Assembly (NCBI GenBank): GCA_044892525.1
Contig: CM097885.1
Location: 38,566,001-38,630,000 of the forward strand
DNA: 64,000 bases
Reading direction: 5' to 3'
Source: Schmidtea polychroa
Lineage: Eukaryota
This document shows, piece after piece, positions 14,526 through 26,904 of this stretch (positions within the stretch are counted from its first letter, which is position 1; each line of letters begins with the position of its first letter). The notes under the pieces are model-generated. The model searched no databases and was not told the DNA's origin. It saw only the letters and a list, made by a program, of their open reading frames with translations. The translations under genes were made by a program, and so were the position numbers.

Positions 14526-16153
14526 AAGGCTTGGTGTTGTAAATTGTGAGTATGTAGATTTTTGTTAAAAATGCATTAAATTATTAAGTTAAATAATTTT
14601 TAAACAGTTTAGATTGTTAAAATTAAAAATTATAATAAAATAAAATTTTAATTTTTAAATTTTTAAATTGTTAAATCTAAAAATATATTTATTATAAATT
14701 GAAAAATGATTTATTATTTAAATAAAAATTAATAAAATAAGATATGGATACCGAGAGATAAAAGACAAGAAATTATAGAAAGCAAAGATGTTTTTCTATC
14801 ACACGCTGGATCAGAAAAAGTAACAAAATATATTTCAGATAATTTTTTTTGAAAAAAAATGTTGGAATAGTTTAAAATGAATTTAATTTAAAAAAATTAA
14901 AATTAAAAATAAGTTTATTTTAATTTTAAACTAATTATCCTAATTAAATTTTAAAAATTATATTCTTTGGATAAATGAATTAGAATGATTTCACATTAAC
15001 AATTTTGTTATTTTTGAACAAAAATATTAATTAACCATTGTTTTTTATAAATCTTATTTCTTGTAGGCCACTTCAGTATGCAAGAGTTTTTTTTTATTTA
15101 TAAATAGAAACTTACGCAATATTACGTTCATTAGTTGAATTCGAGAAAATACGGAGTCGATAAAAGAGACGTCCGACAAAAAAATAATTAAAAAGTTTAA
15201 TAATAAAAAACGGAAAAAGAATAAAAAACGGGGGAAAACAATGGTTTTTAGGAATAATAAAAAACGGAAAAACGGTCTTTACATCTATGATTAATACAAT
15301 ATGCAATATGAGTTCAATTACTGAAATTGTTTTTCAAAACAACTTAGAAGATACTCTAGTAAAATCTGACAAATAGCATGTATAGTTTTTCTGTAATACT
15401 TTTATTTCTGGTAAAAAAAATCATGAAATTTGATCATTCAATATAATAGATCGATATGAGCACACATGGGCACCTTTCCACGCCCACATCAAAGAAAGTG
15501 TTTCCGTTTTGTTGAAATTTAAAATAATTTTGACGGATATTTAATCGGATTCTATTTGATCTTTGTTGTGTTGGATTGAATGACATTGATGTCTTCGAAT
15601 TTCAAATTAAAATTCGTATTCAATAAATATTTCTAAAATGCGCAAATATGGTAGAATATTCCGTTTAACCTTTTTTTGATTAAATTTTTTGTTTAAATGA
15701 AATCATTATTTTTTATTTATTTGTTTAAATGAATAAATTTTTATTTGTTTAACCACATGACAGTTTTGTCCTAGCGTGACTCGAACACGGGTATTATTCA
15801 CACACTAACAGACTCTAGTCTTTTCGGGCAGAACTTGTTGGTAATTGTTTACAGTTATTCATCGTGTTACGTCATTATGTGTCATCGTCATATTCTAACT
15901 TGAAATTAGCCACTTCTATGTCATTTTGATTCATATATAATTATGATGAGAGCCAAAAGTTCGAAACTAGTCTATTATTGGTACTTGCACGGGGTATTCC
16001 AAAGCTTACTCTGTTTAATATATATGAAATACATATTATGTATATATAATTCATAATTAAAGAAATCGTTAATAACAATCGATAATAATAATTTTTAAAA
16101 AATTAATTTAATCTCTAGTTATTAATGAATACAAATAATTAAAATTTACTCAC

Positions 16154-16625
16154 TTCGCCATAAAAATATACAGGATAACCAAGACCGACAAAATATTGTA
16201 TAAAAATATCTGGAACATCATCGTCATTATAAAATCCAGCTGCTGGGCTGCAATATGTTTCGGAACTGTTTTCTGGCTCGAATTTCCATATCTTTTTAAA
16301 GGTCACACCATCAAGGGCAAAACACCCATCACCGAATGGACAAAGAACAATATCAGATCTTCCATCTTTATTCAGGTCAACCAATACCGGGGGTGTCATT
16401 ACACCCTTTTTTAATCCTTTATATATGGGGTTTGATTTCAATTTGTCTTTGTCTTTAGAATAAATAAATTCACGTAAATTCGTTTCAAATAAATTCCCAG
16501 GAAATGTTTCTCCGCCAGTTCCAAACAGAATTTTCTGTACACCATCTCCAAAATTTACTATTTGGGGTGAATAATAACTTTCATGTAGGTCTGGAACAAC
16601 TTTTGACACTAACGGAATACCAGTC
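16154..16625 (-). CDS. FAM234: FAM234-family protein, exon 4
   Basis: TGIPLV...ESYYSPQ...LFGTGGET...DLNKDGRSDIV...YNDDDVPDI...YFYGE, with FG-GAP-like Ca-binding loops; phases 2/0. Confidence 0.9.
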
Positions 16626-18829
16626 CTACAATATGGCAATATTCCTAATTTATTCACTAATTTATTAATGTTGTATATTGTACAGGTTAAAAATAATTCT
16701 AAAGTTCTTAAAAATATTTTTGTTAAAATCATAAATCGTCGAAGAGATACAAGTGTGATATATTCAATTGATCGCAAAACATTATTAGTCATATTGCAAG
16801 ACATTTCAAAAAACGAAGAAAATTCATAAATATAAAAGAAATTTCAGCGTTTAAATTAACTGATTTTAATTTTCCAAAATAACTAGAATCATGAATTTAA
16901 AAAATCATTCTACTACAATGATAATGAGATTACAGAAGATTCAGATAAATGTTAATTCACCCATTCAGAATAAATAACATTTGTAAGTAGTAACTATATG
17001 AACACAGTTCCAATAGACAACATTTCCAACATTCAAAGCTAAAGTATTTGAGTTTCCATATTCTAATTAATACTCATTAACTTTTGTTTAAGAATTTGAA
17101 AAGTGTTCCACTTCAGACAGATTCGATCGTAAAAAGAACTTTCAGTAGAAGATTATCATGAACATTACTCGTATTTATTACTTTTTAATAAAACTGGCAC
17201 TTTATCCTCCACCAAAAAGACCAATAGAAACCTGCATCAAATTGGCCAATCATTTAACTTGTAGTGCTACTATAAATGCTTTAGTTCTATATATTGTAAT
17301 TGCAACAAAAATTGTTAATTAGATCTGCTTTCATCATTCCAATATGAATAATTATCATCTTTTTGGATATTACCGTTATCACCAATTCTGAATTCCCAAT
17401 ACTGAATAATGACTTAAATTTTCGTTTCAAAATTTTGTGAAATAATTCAATAACAGTAGTAGTTATTTTTGAAAAGTTTTAATTATTTTTATTTCCACCA
17501 CAAATAGAAGATATCCAAGGCTCATATTAATTATTGATTTTAGCTATTTGAATAAAATATCTTGTTTATTATTTTTATTTGAGTATCAAAAACAATAAAA
17601 TTTATTATACAATTAAATAATTCCTGACTCCTGAATATTGTGATAATTTGAAAAATTTGGCCCAGATTTGAGAATTACATTTTTTCTATATATTGTTTGA
17701 CTGATAATTTACATTTAATTCAATGGGAAAACATTTAAACAAAAATCCAAAAATCAATTTTTTAAAATTTGACTTTATTCAAACATGAAAAAATAAATAT
17801 TCTATTCACTAAAACAAAACCAAAAAAAGTGGGAAACCGATATTCATTTGACTAAAATAAAGTAAAGATTTCATGATATAATCTAATAATGATAATACCA
17901 ACAACTGCTTACAATAAAATGCAAATAAATATTCACACTTTTGAATACTATTTAATTACAAAGGAATAATTAGTTCATTTTGTCCATTTCTTCAAGTTTG
18001 AAATATAACTAAGCTAATCTGTGTCATTAAAATTGCAAATAAAGAACAAATCATCGATTTTATTTCAATCAACCAATAGGAGAACAGCTTCATCAATCAA
18101 TCAAATTTTTGATGAACTTAAATTAATTTTAAATTTTGCTTTTAACCACAGTTGAAATGAGCCCATGTCAATTTTTCTTATTTTTATAATCGATTTTTTC
18201 CTCGATCGCTCATTTCGATTTTTGTTTTTTAACCTTTGTTTATATACCTCAATTTGCTGTCAAATCCAAATGATGAGATATTATGAGGATGCTTTCAATG
18301 AATTGATGATTTTGATAATGATCTTTTCTGTTTTTTATTTGAAATCTTATGATTTATTAATATATTTATTTGTTTTGAATTAAACGGTACAATATTTGTG
18401 TTTTATACATCTCGTTACGATATCAATATTTCGCATCATTTAATTTCCATAATTTATCGATATTTATTGGGTTTTTTTCCTTAATTTAAATAATTCAAGG
18501 TTAAGCTACCCAAATAATAGCGGAGGATTAATAATCAGATATGAAAATTCGAAACGAACTGTAAAAAAATTAACTTAATATATTACTTATTATTTGTCAA
18601 TATATAATTAATAAATCGAATTGTATTTTTAGATCAATTATAGTTTTAATAATTAAAAAAATCGTTAATGACAATCGATAATAATAATTTTTAAATTGCA
18701 TGCTTTAAAATGAAGCTTCAGTATTGAATTATGATATAAATTGCTAAAATAAATAATAATTATAGTAAAAATGAATTAGTATCAAGCATAATTCTAATTC
18801 TACCGATAGAGAATTACAATAAAACCTAC

Positions 18830-19047
18830 TTTCCGGAAAATATCATAAGCTTTGCAATTAATCGGTTCATTTCACTAGGTTTAGCTACTGGATCTCCTCC
18901 GTGCATTTGGACGATATCCCTAACTCCATCTCCATCAATATCATCAATGAATTGAGCACTGTAAAGATTCATGAATGTATTTCTCTCGGTATTTTTATCA
19001 AAAGCCCATAATTCTTTTCCATCTCGACCACTAACAGCGGCAAAAGC
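18830..19047 (-). CDS. FAM234: FAM234-family protein, exon 3 (missed by ORF track)
   Basis: AFAAVSGRDGKELW...DIDGDGVRDIVQMHGGDP...IFSG; follows a 45-nt intron; phases 0/2. Confidence 0.9.
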
Positions 19048-19092
19048 CTAATTTTATAGATCATTTTCGGTAATAACATCAATTCAACGAAC

Positions 19093-19289
19093 TCCTTGAC
19101 GTCCGGCTCCCAGACAATCGATCCACCCGTCTTTATTTATGTCCTCTAAGCAAACTAATGCGTACATTTCACCAATACTATCATATCGCCATAAAAATTC
19201 TCCTGTTGCTCCATCCAACGCTATCAAACCTCCAAAACAGCGTTTTTGACCGGGAAAATAAATTTCACATATGCTATCGCTTTGAACAT
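19093..19289 (-). CDS. FAM234: FAM234-family protein, exon 2
   Basis: VQSDSICEIYF...CFGGLIALDGATGEFLW...DINKDGWIDCLGAGRQG; phases 1/0. Confidence 0.9.
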
Positions 19290-19540
19290 CTGGATAGGAA
19301 ATTGAAATGGTCATATTTTGAATTGGTTAAACTTTGATTTTGAAATTTAGCAAAATTCATCAAAATTTACATTGTAGATATTTTACAAATAACTTAATTG
19401 TTTTTACATAGAAAATGAAATTTTTTTGGTTTATTATTTTTATTGTTTTGGCCCTTGTGCTAAACTTTATAACTCATTAAAATTATTGTATAATTTATTC
19501 ATTACAAGTCTTAATTAAATCAAAAGTATATCATTAAGTC

Positions 19541-20010
19541 AATATAAAAAGCAGATTTGAATGTCGAATTAAATAAACAAATCTCTGGAATATAAAAAAT
19601 GGTAAATTTGAATTTATAATTTAACTGAGAAATTCCAGAGTAAAAATGTAATTTCGGCATGTATTTAATGTTGCATTATATAATGATCACAAGTTGCACT
19701 ATTTTTAATAGCAAACTGCACTATATTATTTCCAAGCATTGCTTTATTATTTAATGAGCATTATATGAGCAATTATTATATGAGCAATATAAAAAGCAGA
19801 TTTGAATGTCGAATTAAATAAACAAATCTCTGGAATATAAAAAATGGTAAATTTGAATTTATAATTTAACTGAGAAATTCCAGAGTAAAAATGTAATTTC
19901 GGCATGTATTTAATGTTGCATTATATAATGATCACAAGTTGCACTATTTTTAATAGCAAACTGCACTATATTATTTCCAAGCATTGCTTTATTATTTAAT
20001 GAGCATTATA
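19541..20010. repeat. ~245-bp tandem duplication covering the MULE left end
   Basis: Near-identical copies start at 19541 and 19786. Confidence 0.9.
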
Positions 20011-20438
20011 TTATTCTCTTTTTTACTAAAAATAATTTAAATCAAAACTTTTTTTATTCAAAAATTTACTCTAAATCATCTAGCGCTAAAATAATTTTTA
20101 AACTGAAATAAAATTATTTTTCACTGAAACTCAAATAGCAAGAGCATCATGTCATGTTAATTTTTTCATAAGTCAGTGTTTTCGCAGCTTCTCTTTAAAT
20201 AATGTTATTTCCTTCTCTCTTTTAACTTCGATGCGGCTTCTGTATTTTTAAATATAAAAAAGTAACAACTAGTTACTCGACGGAAGCTCTTCTTGTCATT
20301 TTGTTTTACAGTTAGGGTGGCTTTACCGTTTTCTCTAAATAAGCTGTATCCTTTAAAAAACAAATTAAAAATCATTTCATTGATTTAACTTGCTTTTTTA
20401 CATAACTATTTTACATTTTTGTTGGATACCGTACTAAA

Positions 20439-22038
20439 ATGTCGATATATAACGAAGAAAACGACATCAATTCCGATGATTATATTAATTATGAAGGTTG
20501 AGACGACGATAACGACAATGAAAATGATAACAGCGAAAACGAGCATGATAATGGAGAATACGACGAGGCCGAAGATGTCGAAGAAGAACCACCTAATAAA
20601 AGAAGTCGTGGCGAAATTTATGATACAAAGCAGGAAGTGATTGAGTCGCTAAAATTTCACGAGAGCTTAAAACAATTTAAGTAGTCAAAGCGAAATACAA
20701 ATATATCATCAAATTCTGTTAGCCTTAACTACATATGTACAACAGTTCGTGGTGCCAAATGCTCAGCCAGAGTAAGCATCATTATAACAAACGTCAACAA
20801 GAAGATTGAAGTACACATTTGTGATAAGCACGAATATACAACGACGCTCAAAGAGAAAGGCATACCAGAAGCAATCAAAATAACAATTAATGAAATGTTA
20901 AACACGCGTGTAGCTCGCACAGCAACTGCGATTGTGTGCGTTTTGCGAGAAAGAAACATTCAACAGCCTACAATAAGACAAATCAATAACTTCCTTTCTC
21001 GTTACCGAAAAAGAGTTTTTCGAGGAACACATTCTACGAAATCTTTTAATTTGGCTTCATTGCAGCAATTATGCATCGATAACAAACTACCGCAAATGGA
21101 CGATGGGTTCTGCTACGACTATGACATTGATTACGAAAATAAAGAATCTATAGTTCGCGTGTTCTGGTCGTTAAAACGTCTTATCGCTTGACTCAGTACG
21201 ACAAAAATCATGTGCATTGCGATGCCACCTACAAATTTAACTGGAATGGCTATCCAGTTATTTTACTATGCACTACGGATGCAGCCAAAGCATTTGATCG
21301 GTATGGGTTGGTTTTATGCAAATCTGAAAAAGATGAAGACTACGCCTTTACATTTAATGCTGTCAAAAAAGTAGTCAAAGAATTCCATGGTGACGATTTC
21401 AAACCGAAATACTTAGTGGCAGACGCGGCGCAGCCTATTTCAAATGGATTTGGATTAACACTCGGTTTAAAAACCGGTGAGGATCATGTGTTGGTACCAT
21501 ATGAAAACAAAGGTGAAAGAGGTGTTGTCAAAAGTAACGAAAACTCATCGCGATCATTTGTTGAATGAAACCGTTATTATGCAGCAATTTACGAGCAAAG
21601 ATGTATTTGAACACGCATATTTCATTTGGAGGGGCAAGTGGCTAAACAGAAAAGATCATTCAGTAACTTTGTTCCTGAGTTATTTCGACGAATGGTTGAT
21701 TAAATAGAATCCAGGATGGTATCATGGTTTTGTCACAGACGAAGAAGAGCGAATTCCAGCCACTAATAAAGCAGTAGAATCAACGAATAAAATTATTAAG
21801 ACACATTCGACGTTCCAAAGCCAGATGCCGATGGAAGATCTTTGCCAATGTGTCATAAATGACATCATCAGGAAATAGAGCCTTGACCGCAGTCCTTGAA
21901 TAGATGAGCAACAAAATGTCAATTGCAAAGTTTTCCAACTTGTTCCACCTATCTCTTAAAAAGACTACGATGCAGCTTTTGAGTGGCTTGAAAAGGATAA
22001 AAGTCTCTTGAAGTTAAGCCAAATTTTTACATACCAGC
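20439..22038 (+). pseudogene. MULE transposase pseudogene, 5' part
   Basis: HCDATYKFNWNGYP, LVADAA, MCWYHM and PATNKAVESTN motifs, with frameshifts and stops. Confidence 0.88.
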
Positions 22039-22304
22039 TGTTAGAAGAAGACATAGTTTCACAGAAATCTTTATTCACTTCAAAAATCTAAACGGAACAC
22101 ACAATCGTTATACTATTTATAGTACATTGAATTGTGTAATCTACAATAGGAAGAATTATTAGTTTAAGTGATACTGTTGACACAGAAGACAAACATACTT
22201 ACTTAATTTAGTTATACAAGCATTCCCGCATCATTCAATAGATATCAAGGTCTAGTGACCTGGTTATGTAAGTAATTCGTTGGAAATTATTATATCATCT
22301 TACA
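22039..22304 (-). repeat. 3' LTR of element B
   Basis: Direct repeat of 55111-55376, adjacent to the polypurine tract. Confidence 0.95.
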
Positions 22305-22974
22305 TCCCCCTCCATTTAAAACTTTTGATCCATTCTACATTTCGAATTATTTCTTTGCCTTGCTTATTCTTTAGAACATAGCTTCTGTCATGTCGTTTTC
22401 CAGTTATTTCATAAGGCCCTTCATAACGTTCATCCATCTTTCTAGTATTTTCTTTTTTAACCAATACTTGGTCTCCAACTTCAAAATTCCTACAATTTTG
22501 TGTAATTAAATTCTTTTCTATGTTTTGTTTATGTTTAATTCCCTCCACGATCTCCCTTCTCCGATTATTAGCATCATTATTTTGTATATCCAAATTCTCT
22601 TTTTCCATCCATTGTCTACAAATATTCCGCCCAAATATTATTTCAGAGGGCGAAAATCCGGTTGTCTGCTGTATCGTCGCATTTAACATAAATTCCACAT
22701 CTGGCAATATTTCTGCCCAATCTTTATGCCGTTTGTCTTTTAACGTAATTGCAATTGCATCCCTTGTACTATCCGTTTGTACTATGATGATATGGGCTTG
22801 AATATATTATTGTAATATGATGCGTTTTCAACACTTCTAAAAGGAGTTGAGATTCAAATGTTTTTCCTCTATCGGAGTGAATGATTTTAGGGGCACCAAA
22901 TTTCAAAATCCAATCTTCTCTTAAAATCTTTGCCGTCGTCTTTTCATCCTGATGAGCAACTGCTGTCAATGATA
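22300..22974 (-). pseudogene. pol: Integrase C-terminal half of element B
   Basis: IHSDRGKTFES, SPYHHSTNG, GPY module. Joins 51606+ in frame (FSRYIS|LTAVAH) once element C and one TSD copy are removed. Confidence 0.92.
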
Positions 22975-23809
22975 TGTTGGGTTTTTAATGTAAGTCGGTA
23001 TCACGGTCTGACTCCTTTGTGTTCTTTATCAAAATCAAGATAACCCAACACAATAATTTTATTCAAGGCTAATACAAGTACACTGGTTGATTACACTCTT
23101 TATTGAACAATTTCAATCTTTAATAACTCTGATCTGCACTTTTCAATGATACAATAAATCTCCAATTATCACAACTTCTAAATCCTTTAACTCACTCGTT
23201 TAATCCTACTAACTTTTCTTCGACCAACTGGCATTTTGTTTTCTTGCCAGTTGCTTTTATACTCGCTTGGTAATTGGCTTTATTTTTGCCAATTATTTTT
23301 GGTCTTATTTCCCCCCGGGCTTCCTCTTGGAGGTCTAATTCAATTGAAGGGAATTTGCTCATTTTCTTAGACGGCGCTTATTACTTTTTATCCGGCTAAA
23401 TTAATTGCCTTCCCAAAATTGGATTTCTCCGGCTGAATTAATTGCCTTCCTAAAATTGGATTTCTCAATTCGCTCGGGTTTTCCATTGTATCGGGTTTCC
23501 CATTAGCTCGGGTTCTCCATTAGCTCGGGTTTCCCATTAGCTCGGGTTTTCCATTAGTTAATTAATTTTTAATTAATTTTTGTTTTTTGTAATTTATTCC
23601 TTTTAGGGACCCCCCATTGATTTTATTCTATTGTAGCTGAACTCGTCTCATTATTTAGCATCCGCCCATACCAGTTTCCCCCAGAAAATATTCATTTTTT
23701 AAAATTTTTGATTTTTAATTAATATTTTATACTTTAAATTTTTATTTTGAATTTGGTGTTTTTGTCAATTTTCACCTCATTTTTGTGCCTCTCTTGTTGA
23801 ACCCCAACA
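22975..23809 (-). repeat. 3' LTR of element C
   Basis: 835-bp direct repeat of 50770-51601, adjacent to the G-rich PPT on the minus strand. Confidence 0.95.
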
Positions 23810-24149
23810 TATCTCCCCCCTTTAATTTAGATTCGATCTCGAATCTGCATGTATATAATAAGTCTAATTTACCATACAGTAATAACAATAATAATAACAA
23901 TAATACTAATAATAATAATAAGAACGGATTGCTATCTACCTATATTGGCTATTGCCTTTGCCAATGATTTTAAATCTGAGATATTTTTTTTTTGAAATTT
24001 CCTTATTCGACTCCCCCCCCCCCAATCATCCTCACACTACTTGGACACATTAATATAAATAATAATGTTAATGCTAATAACAATAATAATGATTCATAAA
24101 AATGAACATAATAATACTACCGATAATAATAATAATTCCTACTGATAGC

Positions 24150-24188
24150 AATAATAACGATAATAACAATAATAACAATAACAATAAC

Positions 24189-24258
<70 letters not shown>
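24150..24258. repeat. (AAT/AAC)n microsatellite
   Basis: Simple repeat; source of the poly-Leu ORF artefact. Confidence 0.95.
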
Positions 24259-24260
<2 letters not shown>

Positions 24261-26904
24261 CATAATAAAATATAATTATATAACAATGAGATTTTCACTA
24301 AAGAAAACTCTAAAGAAAACTTAAATCTTAAATTTGACATTCATTAATTAATAAAAATTAATTCTAATAATAATAATACCAATAATAATAATATATAAGC
24401 AATATATAAGCAAAATAAATTGAAAATTTGAAAAATAAATATTTTAGATATTTTCTCAAAATTCTGCAGTTTTTTTTTTTTGAGATATAGGCGGTGATAC
24501 AATTGAAACACGAAAAGAAATTGAATTCCACTCGTTCGCGGTGAATGAAAGCTTTCATAATAACCACCATCAAACAGAGAGACTATGTTTAGCGACGACA
24601 TAAAATTTCTGACAAATTTCATTTTTGAAATTCGATTTATAAATAAATTGACAATCTAATTTAGGGAGATTAGTATTTTCGTTAAATTCTCAATCTTATC
24701 TGAAATATTACTAAGGGAATACTAGCTGATTATTTGGAATGAAAGGCTAGTGGCATTCATCAACAAATGATTTCACTTGATTTCCTTATATTTGTAATAC
24801 AATTTAAAGAAATCCGATCAAATTAATTATTCTTGGAAATTCAATTTGACTGCGAAATTTGGATTTTATTTGTCTATCCGTAACACAATTTAAAGAAACT
24901 CCATCAAATTAATTATTCTGGAAATTCAATTTGACTGCGAAATTTGGATTTTATTTGTTCAACGAAAAATAAATTGCTTTTCAGATTTTAGCCAATAATT
25001 TTGGTGCCTTAAATGGCTTCTGATTGGCTGTTTTTCCTTTAATAGGTAAGAGATTTTATTTTCATTCATATTTTGAATTCAGGAAATATTTGTAATTACT
25101 AATTCCAATGGGATCACAGAAAACAACACCAATTTTAAATTCAATAATCATACGATTATAAACAAAAGATAATTTAACATATGAGGAAGTTCACAAGTTT
25201 TACTATGACGAATAGATTGTATTTTAATATCTTAATATTCCATTCAATATATATTCAACTTGCAAAATAACAAAGTGCAAAATTGGACATAAATAAGTAC
25301 CTGGAATTTATTGAACTGTCTTTTTGAGAATAATTTTATTTGTTCCCGCATTAGCAAACAATCACTCCAACGTGAATCAGAAAAACATCGCAGATAATTC
25401 AATTAGTGCGCAATGCGAGAATTCAATTTTTCATAAAGTATATTAACATTTCTGTTAAATATAATATTGATTATTTGTTAATTAATTTTAGCTGTATTTT
25501 TTTTTTAACTATATATTCCAAATTTTACTAAAATTTTGTTTTTAGATTCCGTTTTTGAATTAGGATGAATTTTGTAGATTTTTAATTGATTTGCACTCGA
25601 AAATTTGGTGTTTTTAAATGGTCACAATGAACTCAAAGATCTATTCTCACCACTTCTATGATACAAGATGCTTTCAAGTCATTAACGTATAAATCAATCC
25701 TAAAAATTATTATATATTTGTATTTAAAATTTCATTGAGATTTTCCAAAAATGTTTTTTTTTTCACTGTAACTGCAAACTCAGCCTTCAATACATCAGGG
25801 TAAAATAAGTTGAAAACGAATGCGCATTAAGGAACAAATTAATGATTGCCTTCTGTTATCGTGGGAAAAGAAGTAAGCGCATTCCAATCTGTAAGAAAAG
25901 ACTACGAAAAAATGTGGAAAAATCTAGAATGATGATGATTCCAGATAATGATAAATTTTTGTTGAGTTTTCTGTTCTGGTTATTGCAAATTTTTCTGCAG
26001 ACTAATTAATTTGACAGAATTTTTATTTGTTATTAACAAAGAAAAATTTATTATGAAATCCTCTTTCTGGCAGCAGGAAATATATTTTAGGAAGTAAGTT
26101 ATTTAATCTTTATTAATTTCTATTTTTAATCATTTATTTTTTTTTGCTTAAATTACTTTAAATATTTTATTTTCACTTAACTATTATCTTTTATTTATGC
26201 TGGAACAGGAAACTGTTGCTATTTTTTACCTATGAAGTGAGTTAATATAATTTTGTTGATTTTTTACACCATTTGAAATTCAATTGTCATGGGCCAATTT
26301 ATAAAATTATATTTAGTTATCAAAGCAAAATAATTAACAACCAAACAGTTGATTTGATATGAATAAAAGTGACAGCAAAGATAACTTAATAATGTGATTC
26401 TTCTGATCAAAATTTATTTATTTGTTTTTAGTTATTGCGCACCCAACTATTGAATTCCCGCTACCCAAGTAAGCTCATCTACCTACATTGAATAAATATT
26501 TTTATCCAATAAATTAATAATTTTCGTCTATACTCAAATTTTATGCATAGATATAGATAAATAGTTTTGGATAAATAAATATAGATATAGAGACACCGAG
26601 ATACACAGAGAAACTTATAAACAAATATAGATTTAGATACAATATAGTTCCATTTATTCATAAACGGTTTCCATGGAAAAATCAATGACTACTGACAACC
26701 ACACATTTCCAATTGTTGTCCAGGGTAGCCAAACTCCGACAATTGGGAATGTGTATGTTGTTATTAAAAGTTTTATTTATTATTTATACATTTTTTTTAA
26801 TTATGGGGTTTAACTGACGAGCTACCAATTTATAAATGAGACAACGCGAGTTCGACATTATTTATTTTTTTATAAATATTATATATATATATATATATAT
26901 TAAT

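Noticed and set aside
16700..18500. Possible decayed transposase
   Set aside because: No assignable motif or termini.
26812..26860. CTGACGA hammerhead-like core in element C
   Set aside because: No properly placed GAAA or supporting stems.
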